A stretch of 32,000 nt of DNA from positions 5,894,802 to 5,926,801 of the forward strand of contig OY781970.1 of NCBI GenBank assembly GCA_963677525.1. The letters run 5' to 3'. The DNA is from an uncultured Draconibacterium sp. GTDB lineage: Bacteria; Bacteroidota; Bacteroidia; Bacteroidales; Prolixibacteraceae. The first letter of the stretch is position 1; each line of letters starts with the position of its first letter. The notes beneath the pieces are model-generated. The model saw only the letters and a list, made by a program, of their open reading frames with translations. It did no database searches and was not told the origin of the DNA. The position numbers and the translations under genes were made by a program. Shown here one piece after another: positions 17,819-25,420 of the stretch.

Positions 17819-18699
17819 GCGGTTTTTTTGTTCATATCGTTCCAGAAATCGTAGAAATTAAACCACTGTTCCGGGTAGATTTTAAGTTGATTTTCTATTT
17901 CTGACACAAAGTTTTCCACCTTTTGCGGAATAGAATCGGCTTCTATTTTTTTAATATAAATGTTGTATGAAAATTTCCCGCTTTTCATTACAAAAAAGGA
18001 AAGTACCGGAACATTTAATTTTTCAGCCATGGTAAACGCTCCTGTTGGGAAATTTGCATCCTTTCCAAGGAAATTGCAAGTGTGAACGCGCGTTTCATGA
18101 AAACTCCTATCGCCCGGCATGCCTACAAATTCTCCTTTTTTTATCACATTCATAATGGTAAACAGGTGCGACAAATCGTGCGATACAGGAATGAGCGAGA
18201 TATTATTGCGGCTTAATATTTCGTCGCGATATTTTAACCAGTTTTTGCTTTCTTCACCAAAAACCAAACCGTGCATTTTCGCTTCTCCCATGCTAAAAAG
18301 ATAGCCCGCAATCTCGAAATTACCGATGTGAGAACTTAAAATGATAGCACCTTTTTTCTCTGCGATTAATTCGGTCAGAATCTCATTCCCCTCAACTGTA
18401 ACCTGAAATACATTTTTTTTACCGGCAAACAATGCTATCCGGTCTAACATAATCTGACCAAAAAGGTAATGGTTGCGAAAGGTCTTAAAAAATGCTTTAA
18501 GAGGAGGCAGATTTAATTTTTGTCGAAAGTAAAAATAAATGGAATTGTAGCCCTTACGGGCAAACAGCAAGTAGAAAGGTATAACAAACCAAAGAATAAA
18601 ATAACCTACTGATAGCGGAAATATTTTGAAAAACCAAAGCAGCAGTTTTATTCCAAAATTTCCTTGTGTTTTCCCTTGCCAATCTCGCGTGTAATTCAC
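17815..18699 (-). CDS. lysophospholipid acyltransferase family protein (LpxL/HtrB lauroyl-acyltransferase-like)
   Basis: 294-aa ORF. It has an N-terminal TM segment (IKLLLWFFKIFPLSVGYFILWFVIPFYLLF) and an SSHIGNFEIAG box (the H-x-G-N-x-E form of the HX4D/E acyltransferase motif typical of the LpxL family). The apparent GTG start at 18699 shares 1 nt with the ACP stop. Confidence 0.75.
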   Translation of the reverse strand: MNYTRDWQGKTQGNFGIKLLLWFFKIFPLSVGYFILWFVIPFYLLFARKGYNSIYFYFRQKLNLPPLKAFFKTFRNHYLFGQIMLDRIALFAGKKNVFQVTVEGNEILTELIAEKKGAIILSSHIGNFEIAGYLFSMGEAKMHGLVFGEESKNWLKYRDEILSRNNISLIPVSHDLSHLFTIMNVIKKGEFVGMPGDRSFHETRVHTCNFLGKDANFPTGAFTMAEKLNVPVLSFFVMKSGKFSYNIYIKKIEADSIPQKVENFVSEIENQLKIYPEQWFNFYDFWNDMNKKTA

Positions 18700-18947
18700 T
18701 ATTTATCTTTTACCTTGCTATAAATATAGTCGTAGAAATCGTTGAGAACTACCACGTTGGTCATTTCTTCTTGTTTTATTTTAAAACCAAAGGCTTTTTC
18801 AACAATTACAACTATATCAACAAAATCGAGGCTGTCGATTTCCAGGTCGTCTTTAATGCGCGCATCCGGTGAAATTACATCCTCGTCAACTTCAATTTCC
18901 TCAACGAGGAACTCATTCATGATTTTTATTACCTCTTCTCTTTCCAT
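18699..18947 (-). CDS. acyl carrier protein
   Basis: 82-aa acidic protein with the attachment motif LEIDSLDFVDIVV. Confidence 0.85.
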   Translation of the reverse strand: MEREEVIKIMNEFLVEEIEVDEDVISPDARIKDDLEIDSLDFVDIVVIVEKAFGFKIKQEEMTNVVVLNDFYDYIYSKVKDK

Positions 18948-19049
18948 CTTTTAAAATTACATGCGTACCGGCAAGTTTTTGCTTGCCACTTAGTTCTTTC
19001 AGTCAGGGCTGCTCAGGCTTTGAACAGCTCCTGATTTTATAATTGCCCG

Positions 19050-19601
19050 CTAAAATAAGAAACTTACTCCAAAACTGAGTATACTTACATTATAACTTGT
19101 TTCTGCATACACGGCCAGGCCGTCTGAAAACTGGTAGCGGCATCCTGCAAATATGTCGTGTACAAATTGATTTGGTTCTTCATATTTATAGTAAGCTTCA
19201 TCCTCATAATTACCATTATAATTGTTACCAACAAGGGCATAACCTGCAAGAACTCCGGCGTAAACATCGAAATACCTGAAAAAATCGTTGTGGTTCATTG
19301 CATAAAAATCGAAGTGGTAGGCGCCACGTCCTGCTACTATCCAATAGTTGTGCTTGTTGTCGTAATTCGTGGTATGTTTAAAGGCGCCAAATCCTCCAAC
19401 GCTAATATAACCGATTCCGAGTTTTTCGAAAGGAAGGGTTTCATAAGAGAAGTTAATTGATGGTATTCCGCTTCCACAATACATTAATCCATCAATTCCT
19501 AAACCTAAGTTTACAGCCTGGTCGCCGGTTTCAATTGCCTGCGCCTGCGAAGTTCCATAAGCTATTAGGCTTACAAATAAAATCAATACTAATTTTTTCA
19601 T
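19050..19601 (-). CDS. small outer-membrane beta-barrel-like protein (hypothetical)
   Basis: 183-aa ORF. It has a signal peptide (MKKLVLILFVSLIAYGTSQAQA), a Gly/Tyr/Phe-rich alternating sequence, and a C-terminus SILSFGVSFLF ending in Phe, as in many beta-barrel OMPs. The size fits an 8-10-stranded barrel. Confidence 0.6.
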   Translation of the reverse strand: MKKLVLILFVSLIAYGTSQAQAIETGDQAVNLGLGIDGLMYCGSGIPSINFSYETLPFEKLGIGYISVGGFGAFKHTTNYDNKHNYWIVAGRGAYHFDFYAMNHNDFFRYFDVYAGVLAGYALVGNNYNGNYEDEAYYKYEEPNQFVHDIFAGCRYQFSDGLAVYAETSYNVSILSFGVSFLF

Positions 19602-19624
19602 TTTAAATTAATTTTTGGGTTAAA

Positions 19625-20842
19625 CTAAATTTTTTTAATAATTAAAGCTGAGTTGGTTCCACCAAAACCGAAGGAGTTTGAAAGATAAGTGTCTATCTTT
19701 TGTTCTTTGGTTTTGGCAATAATATTTAGTTTTGAAGAGTGTTCGTCGCCTTCTTCGAAGTTGAGATTAGGTGCAATAAAATTGTTTTGCATCATCAGGG
19801 TTGAATATACAATTTCACTGGCTCCTGCCATCCAGCACTCGTGGCCGGTCATTCCTTTTGTTGAACTTACCGGTGTTTTTACATCTCCAAAAAGTTCATT
19901 GATGGCTTGTGCTTCGTACATATCTCCAAGCGGAGTGGATGTAGCGTGTGCATTAATATAATCGATGTCGGAAGTTTTCATGTTGGCATCTTTTAGTGCC
20001 ATCGACATGGCCCGGAATGACCCCTGGTTGCTGGGTTGCGAAATGTGCCCTCCGTTCGACGAAAAACCATATCCGACAACCTCTGCAAGAATTGGCGCTC
20101 CACGTTTTACTGCATGTTCGTATTCTTCCAAAATAACTGTGGCAGCTCCACCGCTTGGTACCAGTCCATCGCGGTTTTTATCGAATGGGCGCGAAGCTTT
20201 TGTGGGATCATTTACATTCACAGAGAAAGCTCCAAGCGAATCGAAACTTCCCATCGAATAAAAATTGGTTTCCTGAGCTCCTCCGCAAACAATAACATTT
20301 TGCAAGCCATTTTTTATAAAAAAGTAACCCAGACCGATGGAGTGAGAACCACTGGCACAGGCTGCGCTGATGGTCATGTTGATGCCCCGTAATTTAAAGA
20401 TTACCGAAAGATTCATGGTCACCGTCGAGTTCATGGATTGAAAAATAGCTCCTGAGCCCAGCAGCCCGGTATCGCGTTTTTCCATGATGGTATTATTGGC
20501 TTCGATAACTGCTTTTGCCGAGCTGTCGTTACCAAATAGGATGCCCACCTCGTTTTTTTCGAGGAAATCCATGTCTATTTTGGCATTGTCTAATGCTTCT
20601 GCCGTTGAAACATAGGCGTATTCTGCTTCTTCGGCTAAGCCAACACGCATCCTTCTGTCGAGTTTGCCTTTCAGTTTTGGCCGTTCTACCAATCCGGTTA
20701 AAGGAGAACGGTAGCCTATTTCTTTGCGTATTTCTTCTATTCCTATGCCTGAAGTTCCTTTAAATAAAGATTCCTTTACTTCTTCAATGTTTTTCCCAAT
20801 GCAGGCATATGCGCCCATTCCTGTTATTACAACTCTTTTCAT
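19625..20842 (-). CDS. beta-ketoacyl-ACP synthase (KAS I/II-like)
   Basis: 405-aa ORF with a complete triad: MTISAACASGSHSIG (Cys), INAHATSTPLGD (His), MTGHECWMAGA (His). C-terminal NSFGFGGTNS. Confidence 0.9.
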   Translation of the reverse strand: MKRVVITGMGAYACIGKNIEEVKESLFKGTSGIGIEEIRKEIGYRSPLTGLVERPKLKGKLDRRMRVGLAEEAEYAYVSTAEALDNAKIDMDFLEKNEVGILFGNDSSAKAVIEANNTIMEKRDTGLLGSGAIFQSMNSTVTMNLSVIFKLRGINMTISAACASGSHSIGLGYFFIKNGLQNVIVCGGAQETNFYSMGSFDSLGAFSVNVNDPTKASRPFDKNRDGLVPSGGAATVILEEYEHAVKRGAPILAEVVGYGFSSNGGHISQPSNQGSFRAMSMALKDANMKTSDIDYINAHATSTPLGDMYEAQAINELFGDVKTPVSSTKGMTGHECWMAGASEIVYSTLMMQNNFIAPNLNFEEGDEHSSKLNIIAKTKEQKIDTYLSNSFGFGGTNSALIIKKI

Positions 20843-20851
20843 AAATTCCTG

Positions 20852-21580
20852 TTAAGTATGTAATCCTCCGTTTATTGATATGGTTTGACCGGTAATATAC
20901 GAAGCTTTTTTTGATGCTAAAAAAGCAACCACGTTGGCTACCTCTTCAGCTTTTCCAAAACGGTTCATCGGGATAAGCGATTTCAGGGATTTTTCATCCA
21001 GATCTTTGGTCATGTCGGTATGGATGAAACCAGGTGCTACCGCATTAACGGTTACGTTTCTTTTTCCTACCTCCTGGGCCAAAGCTTTGGTTGCACCTAT
21101 TACACCGGCTTTTGCTGCCGAATAATTGGCTTGCCCGGGCAGGCCTTTAATACCCGATAACGAAACTACATTTACAATTCTTCCATACCGATTGGTAAGC
21201 ATGTCTTTAATCAGCCGGCGCGTTACATAAAAAAAGCCGCCAAGACTTATGTCGAGCACGCTGTCCCAGTCTTCATTTGTCATCCACATCAAAAGATTGT
21301 CTTTCCTGATACCGGCGTTGTTTACCAATACTTCTATAACCGAATCGCTGTTTTGCTCCATCCAGGCCATCAGTACATCATCTACCTGCTGGTAGTTTGA
21401 AACATCAAATTTTAACAGCTCGGCTTTTCCTCCTTTTTCTTCAATCAACGATTTTGTTGTGTTGGCAGCTTCGTCGTTCGATGTATAATTAATTAAAACC
21501 GGGTAGCCCATTTCTGCGAGTTGTAAACAAATCTCCCGCCCAATTCCACGTGAACCTCCGGTTACCAGTGCATATTTCAT
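20852..21580 (-). CDS. fabG: 3-oxoacyl-ACP reductase (SDR family, FabG-like)
   Basis: 242-aa ORF with the classical SDR motifs TGGSRGIGREI (TGxxxGxG), NNAG and YSAAKAG (YxxxK). Confidence 0.9.
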   Translation of the reverse strand: MKYALVTGGSRGIGREICLQLAEMGYPVLINYTSNDEAANTTKSLIEEKGGKAELLKFDVSNYQQVDDVLMAWMEQNSDSVIEVLVNNAGIRKDNLLMWMTNEDWDSVLDISLGGFFYVTRRLIKDMLTNRYGRIVNVVSLSGIKGLPGQANYSAAKAGVIGATKALAQEVGKRNVTVNAVAPGFIHTDMTKDLDEKSLKSLIPMNRFGKAEEVANVVAFLASKKASYITGQTISINGGLHT

Positions 21581-21622
21581 AGTTTGTTTGTCTTCAGTTT
21601 TGTAAATGAACGATTTTGAATG

Positions 21623-23143
21623 CTAAATCTCAATTATATTGTTCATTAAGTAATTTTTTACAGTTGCAAGTTCTTTATATTTTGTTGAATCTTCAACAAA
21701 AACAGGGAATACTTCCCTAATTTGTTCATAAATATTACGTGTAAAAGGAGCCATCAAATCCTGACATTTTGCGTAATCAATAGCCTGAAGCAGTGTCATA
21801 AACTGAACAGCCAGCACCTGGTAACTATTATCAATTACTTTTCTGGCGATAAGCGCCGAGTTGGTTCCCATACTTACAATATCCTGGTTGTCGTTGTTGT
21901 TGGTAATACTATGCACATAGTTCGGGAACGAATAAGTCTGGTTTTCAGCGGTTGTTGATGTTGCTGTAAATTGTACACCCTGCATTCCAAGATTAAGCCC
22001 AAGTGTGCCCAGGTTTACAAATGCCGGGAATTTTTCGTTCAATTTCGGGTTCAGCAGAAAATTCAGGTGGCGTTCTTCCAGCATCGACAAGCGGGTGATG
22101 GCAATTTTTAGTTTGTCCATTTCCAGCGAAACATAATCGCCATGGAAGTTCCCTCCGTGGTAAACATTCTGGTTTTTGTAATCGATTATCGGGTTGTCGT
22201 TCACCGAATTGGCTTCGCTTATAATAATGTCTTCTACGCTGTTGATGGTGTCGTAAATCGGTCCCAGAATTTGCGGAACACAACGCAGTGAATAAAATTC
22301 CTGCACCTTCCCGTTAATTACTTTTTCTTTCACATCGCGGTAAAGGTATTTATTCCTGTCTTTAATCATTTTACTACCTGAAAGAAGTTCGCGCATTTTT
22401 GAGGCCACATAATTTTGTCCTTGATGTAGTTTTACTGCATTCAGTACTTCGGCAAAACTATCGTCGTACGAACCAACAATTTCATTTAATATGGTAGATG
22501 AAATCAGCGACCAGTTGAACAGGTTTTTCGCTTTGATCAGGTTTATTGCCCCGATTCCGGTCATTACCGATGTGCCGTTAATCAGCGAAAGACCTTCGCG
22601 CAAATAAATTTTTATGGGTTCCAGGTTGTGAAGTTTCATCACTTCGGCAGTTGGTCTGATTTCACCTTTGTAAAATACTTCACCTTCTCCAATTAATGAT
22701 AGAGCAAGGTGAGAAAGCTGCACCAGGTCACCACTTGCGCCTACTCCGCCGTGTTCGTACAACACCGGACAAATATCAAAATTTATAAAATCCTGAAGTA
22801 ATTTGGGTACCGACGGATGAATGCCCGAGTAGCCTCGTTTAATATTTTGTAACCGGCAGATCATTGCAGCTTTTATGTCGTTGGTAGAAATTGGATTTCC
22901 GCTACCGGCTGAATGACTCCGGATAAGGTTGTATTGCAGTGCTTTATGGTCTTCGTCGTTAATTTTATATTGAGCCATTGGCCCAAAACCGGTGTTAATT
23001 CCGTAAATAACTTTATTTTTTGCAAAATCGGTCAGAAAATTGTAGGATGCTTCCACCCTGGCTAATTCATCTTCTGAGATAGTAACTTCTTTGCCATTGA
23101 ATATGACATCGTGAAAATAATCAAGTTTGATTGTTAAGGTCAT
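21623..23143 (-). CDS. aromatic amino acid ammonia-lyase (MIO enzyme), probably tyrosine ammonia-lyase of the flexirubin FlxA/FjTAL type
   Basis: 506-aa ORF. It has the MIO-forming Ala-Ser-Gly triad in GGVGASGDLVQLSH, plus YGINTGFGPMA, NLIRSHSAGSG and NDNPII blocks. It is the first gene of the polyketide-like operon and no hut genes are nearby. From memory, its length and many blocks resemble the Flavobacterium johnsoniae TAL. Confidence 0.8.
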   Translation of the reverse strand: MTLTIKLDYFHDVIFNGKEVTISEDELARVEASYNFLTDFAKNKVIYGINTGFGPMAQYKINDEDHKALQYNLIRSHSAGSGNPISTNDIKAAMICRLQNIKRGYSGIHPSVPKLLQDFINFDICPVLYEHGGVGASGDLVQLSHLALSLIGEGEVFYKGEIRPTAEVMKLHNLEPIKIYLREGLSLINGTSVMTGIGAINLIKAKNLFNWSLISSTILNEIVGSYDDSFAEVLNAVKLHQGQNYVASKMRELLSGSKMIKDRNKYLYRDVKEKVINGKVQEFYSLRCVPQILGPIYDTINSVEDIIISEANSVNDNPIIDYKNQNVYHGGNFHGDYVSLEMDKLKIAITRLSMLEERHLNFLLNPKLNEKFPAFVNLGTLGLNLGMQGVQFTATSTTAENQTYSFPNYVHSITNNNDNQDIVSMGTNSALIARKVIDNSYQVLAVQFMTLLQAIDYAKCQDLMAPFTRNIYEQIREVFPVFVEDSTKYKELATVKNYLMNNIIEI

Positions 23144-23185
23144 AAAGTGTAGAATTTGTTTGAGATGAGTCTCATTTAAACGCGA

Positions 23186-23193
23186 ACAAAATT
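23186..23193 (-). promoter_or_regulatory. candidate Bacteroidota -7 promoter box TAATTTTG (TAnnTTTG) for the ammonia-lyase-led operon
   Basis: The plus strand reads CAAAATTA and the reverse complement TAATTTTG matches TAnnTTTG exactly. It lies 42 nt upstream of ATG 23143. The expected -33 TTTG is only approximate (GTTTTC). Confidence 0.4.
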
Positions 23194-23411
23194 AATTTTT
23201 TAATTAATAACTGAAAACGGATCATGTAATTTAGATCAGAAAGTTATTAAAACAATAAATTAATCATATGGTCGAAATAATCTTGTGTAATTATTGATGT
23301 TCAGCTTGTTGGTGTATTCATTTCTTTGTAATTAGTGTTTGATTGTTCATTGTTTGTGGAATTTTCTGTAAAATAAACATATAGTTTTAACAGGCGTTGC
23401 AAGAATTTGCT

Positions 23412-23449
23412 GCTATTTGCTAATGTGCGGACATGTAGCTATTTGACAA
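23412..23449. repeat. direct repeat GCTATTTGCTAA / GCTATTTGACAA (10 of 12 identical, 26 bp apart) in the divergent intergenic region
   Basis: Read directly at 23412-23423 and 23438-23449. A third ATTTGC lies at 23405-23410. Its function is unknown. Confidence 0.4.
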
Positions 23450-23589
23450 TATTTATATTCAAAAAGTATTTATTGCTCCATCTCTTATGACAGAATTATT
23501 TGAAGATTAGAGCAACTTATCATTAAACTTTCTTCTCATAACTTTTATTTAGAAATCACCTTGTTTATCTTTGGTTATTACTAAAATCA

Positions 23590-25416
23590 TTGCTATTGAA
23601 AGCAGTTTTCCTTTTTATAGTATTCTTATTTGGCACTGTGTTATGTCTGGCTCAGGAAAATTTAGTCGTGCAAAAGATTAAATTCCAAGGCAATAAGCAT
23701 GTACAAACTTACCAATTAAAGGATGAAATTGCCATTGAATCAAGCTCCTGGATAAAAAGAAAGATTTTTAAAAAGGAACCGGTTTATTATACTTCACTAC
23801 TTTATAACGAGGACATTAATCGACTCAGGATATTCTATCAAAAACAAGGTTATTTAAATGTACAGTTTGGCCCGCCCGAGATTGTTGTAAATAAAAAAAG
23901 AAAGGTTGAATTGACTATTTTTATTGATGAGGGAAATCCGGTTTATATCTCTGATGTTTCTTTTCAGGTAGATTCTGTTTACGCCCTCAACGATGTATTG
24001 GAATTACCCGATAAGAAGAAACTTTTATTCCAGACCGAGGCAGTTGCGACTAAAATTTTTCGCGATGAGGCGATAACGAACGACAAGTTGTTGATTGCCG
24101 AAGCCTTTTACGATTACGGATATCCGTATGCTTTGGTAGATCATAAATTGGACGTTGATACCCTGTCTAATACAACTTCGGTTGAATGGTTTGTCAATCG
24201 CGGCCCCATATCTTATTTCGGGCCTACAAACATTACCGGAAATAAAAGGGTTCCTTCTAAAAGCATCCTCCGTCAGCTGGATTATAATGAGGGCGAATTA
24301 TGGAGTAAGAAAAAAATCGATCAAACACAAATGCAAATATACAACCAGGGGAATTACAGGGTAGCTTCGGTAAAATCACAGATTGGGGAAGAGCTTCACG
24401 ATACCATTTCTATGTTAATCAATATTAAGGAAGCTCCGCGATGGTCGGTGCGTTTTGGTGCAGGATACGGTCGTGAAGACAAATTCAGGGCTTTTACCGA
24501 TTTGCAGTACCTGAGTTTTTTAACAAACACCGGGCGCTTGAATTTTTATGCCAAGCATTCGGGGCTTGAACCTTATAATGTTTATCTGAAATTTTCGCAG
24601 CCATCATTTCTGTTTCCCATGAATACTTTAAGTATTTATCCATTTCTGCAGGAAGAAAATGAGCCGGGTTATAAATTAAATAAGATTGGGTATAACATTA
24701 CTTTACTTCAGAGTTTTTCGGAAGAACTGAATACATCGATAGGTTTTGTTTATGAAGATGTTGAGCTTGATACTACCGGCTATTCTGAAAGTAACTCGTC
24801 TACTGATGTGGAATCGATATACAAAAAAACAGGTATCGTTTTGGGAGGAATTTACAATAATGCCGATCCTATTTTAGACCCGGTTCAGGGGTATTCCGTT
24901 TCGTTTAACATTAAAACCAACGATATTTTGTTTACTGGTGAAATTCCGTTTTATAGAATTTTGACAGAGTTTAAAACCTATTTGGGAATCAGGCGGGGAG
25001 TTGTGCTTGCCCTAAAAGGGAAAATGGGTGGGATACAAAGAACCGACGATATGGATTTTATTCCGGTTGACGAAAAGTTTTTTGCAGGAGGAAGTCATTC
25101 AGTAAGAGGCTGGTCGAGGAGCGATCTTGGTCCGCACGATGAAAACGGAGTTCCTGTAGGAGGGAACAGTTTGCTGGAAGCATCGACTGAGTTCAGAATT
25201 GATATGGGGCGAAAACTGAAACTGAATTTATTTATGGATGCCGGTAATGTCTGGGAGCAGTCGTTTGATTATCACCCGGGAGATTTGCATTATGCAACCG
25301 GTTTTGGAATCAGATATAAAACCCCGATTGGTCCGGCAGGAATTGATTTCGCACGCCCGGTTTTTGATTCAGAAACCAATTGGCAGATACACTTTAATAT
25401 TGGGCATACATTTTAG
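23590..25416 (+). CDS. BamA/TamA-family outer-membrane protein (POTRA domains plus beta-barrel)
   Basis: 608-aa ORF. It has a signal peptide (KAVFLFIVFLFGTVLCLAQE) and POTRA-like repeats (VVQKIKFQGNKHVQTYQLKDEI; PVYISDVSFQVDS; YFGPTNITGNKRVPSKSILRQLDYNEGELWS). The surface-antigen barrel contains FFAGGSHSVRGW and ends HFNIGHTF. There is no ATG in the signal peptide region, so the start is TTG at 23590 or 23596. Confidence 0.8.
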   Translation: MLLKAVFLFIVFLFGTVLCLAQENLVVQKIKFQGNKHVQTYQLKDEIAIESSSWIKRKIFKKEPVYYTSLLYNEDINRLRIFYQKQGYLNVQFGPPEIVVNKKRKVELTIFIDEGNPVYISDVSFQVDSVYALNDVLELPDKKKLLFQTEAVATKIFRDEAITNDKLLIAEAFYDYGYPYALVDHKLDVDTLSNTTSVEWFVNRGPISYFGPTNITGNKRVPSKSILRQLDYNEGELWSKKKIDQTQMQIYNQGNYRVASVKSQIGEELHDTISMLINIKEAPRWSVRFGAGYGREDKFRAFTDLQYLSFLTNTGRLNFYAKHSGLEPYNVYLKFSQPSFLFPMNTLSIYPFLQEENEPGYKLNKIGYNITLLQSFSEELNTSIGFVYEDVELDTTGYSESNSSTDVESIYKKTGIVLGGIYNNADPILDPVQGYSVSFNIKTNDILFTGEIPFYRILTEFKTYLGIRRGVVLALKGKMGGIQRTDDMDFIPVDEKFFAGGSHSVRGWSRSDLGPHDENGVPVGGNSLLEASTEFRIDMGRKLKLNLFMDAGNVWEQSFDYHPGDLHYATGFGIRYKTPIGPAGIDFARPVFDSETNWQIHFNIGHTF

Positions 25417-25420
25417 AAAA

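Noticed and set aside
19003-19038. Hairpin plus TTTT as terminator of the minus-strand operon
   Set aside because: The T-tract follows the stem only on the plus strand, and on the operon strand an A-tract precedes it. It cannot be the canonical intrinsic terminator for the OMP gene, so it is reported only as an unexplained structure.
11263-21580. Interpretation as the housekeeping FAS II operon (fabF/fabG/acpP/fabZ)
   Set aside because: There is no fabD, fabH or fabI/enoyl reductase. There are multiple KS copies with degenerate partners, two ACPs, and an ammonia-lyase, radical SAM enzyme and LpxL-type acyltransferase interleaved. This matches secondary lipid/pigment biosynthesis instead.
21993-22283. 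96-aa Arg/Pro/Gln-rich ORF in another minus-strand frame inside the ammonia-lyase gene
   Set aside because: It is an alternative frame of a well-supported CDS and its composition is typical of an out-of-frame translation.
21623-23143. Interpretation as catabolic histidine ammonia-lyase HutH
   Set aside because: No hutU/hutI/hutG genes are nearby. The gene heads an operon of KS/ACP/KR genes, and its sequence blocks resemble, from memory, the flexirubin-type TAL. Biochemical specificity is still unverified.
25238-25420. 5' extension of the TamB-like ORF (track start at 25238)
   Set aside because: The extension lies entirely inside the TamA-like gene. The in-frame ATG at 25421, 4 nt after the TamA stop, yields a canonical positively charged N-terminus plus membrane anchor.
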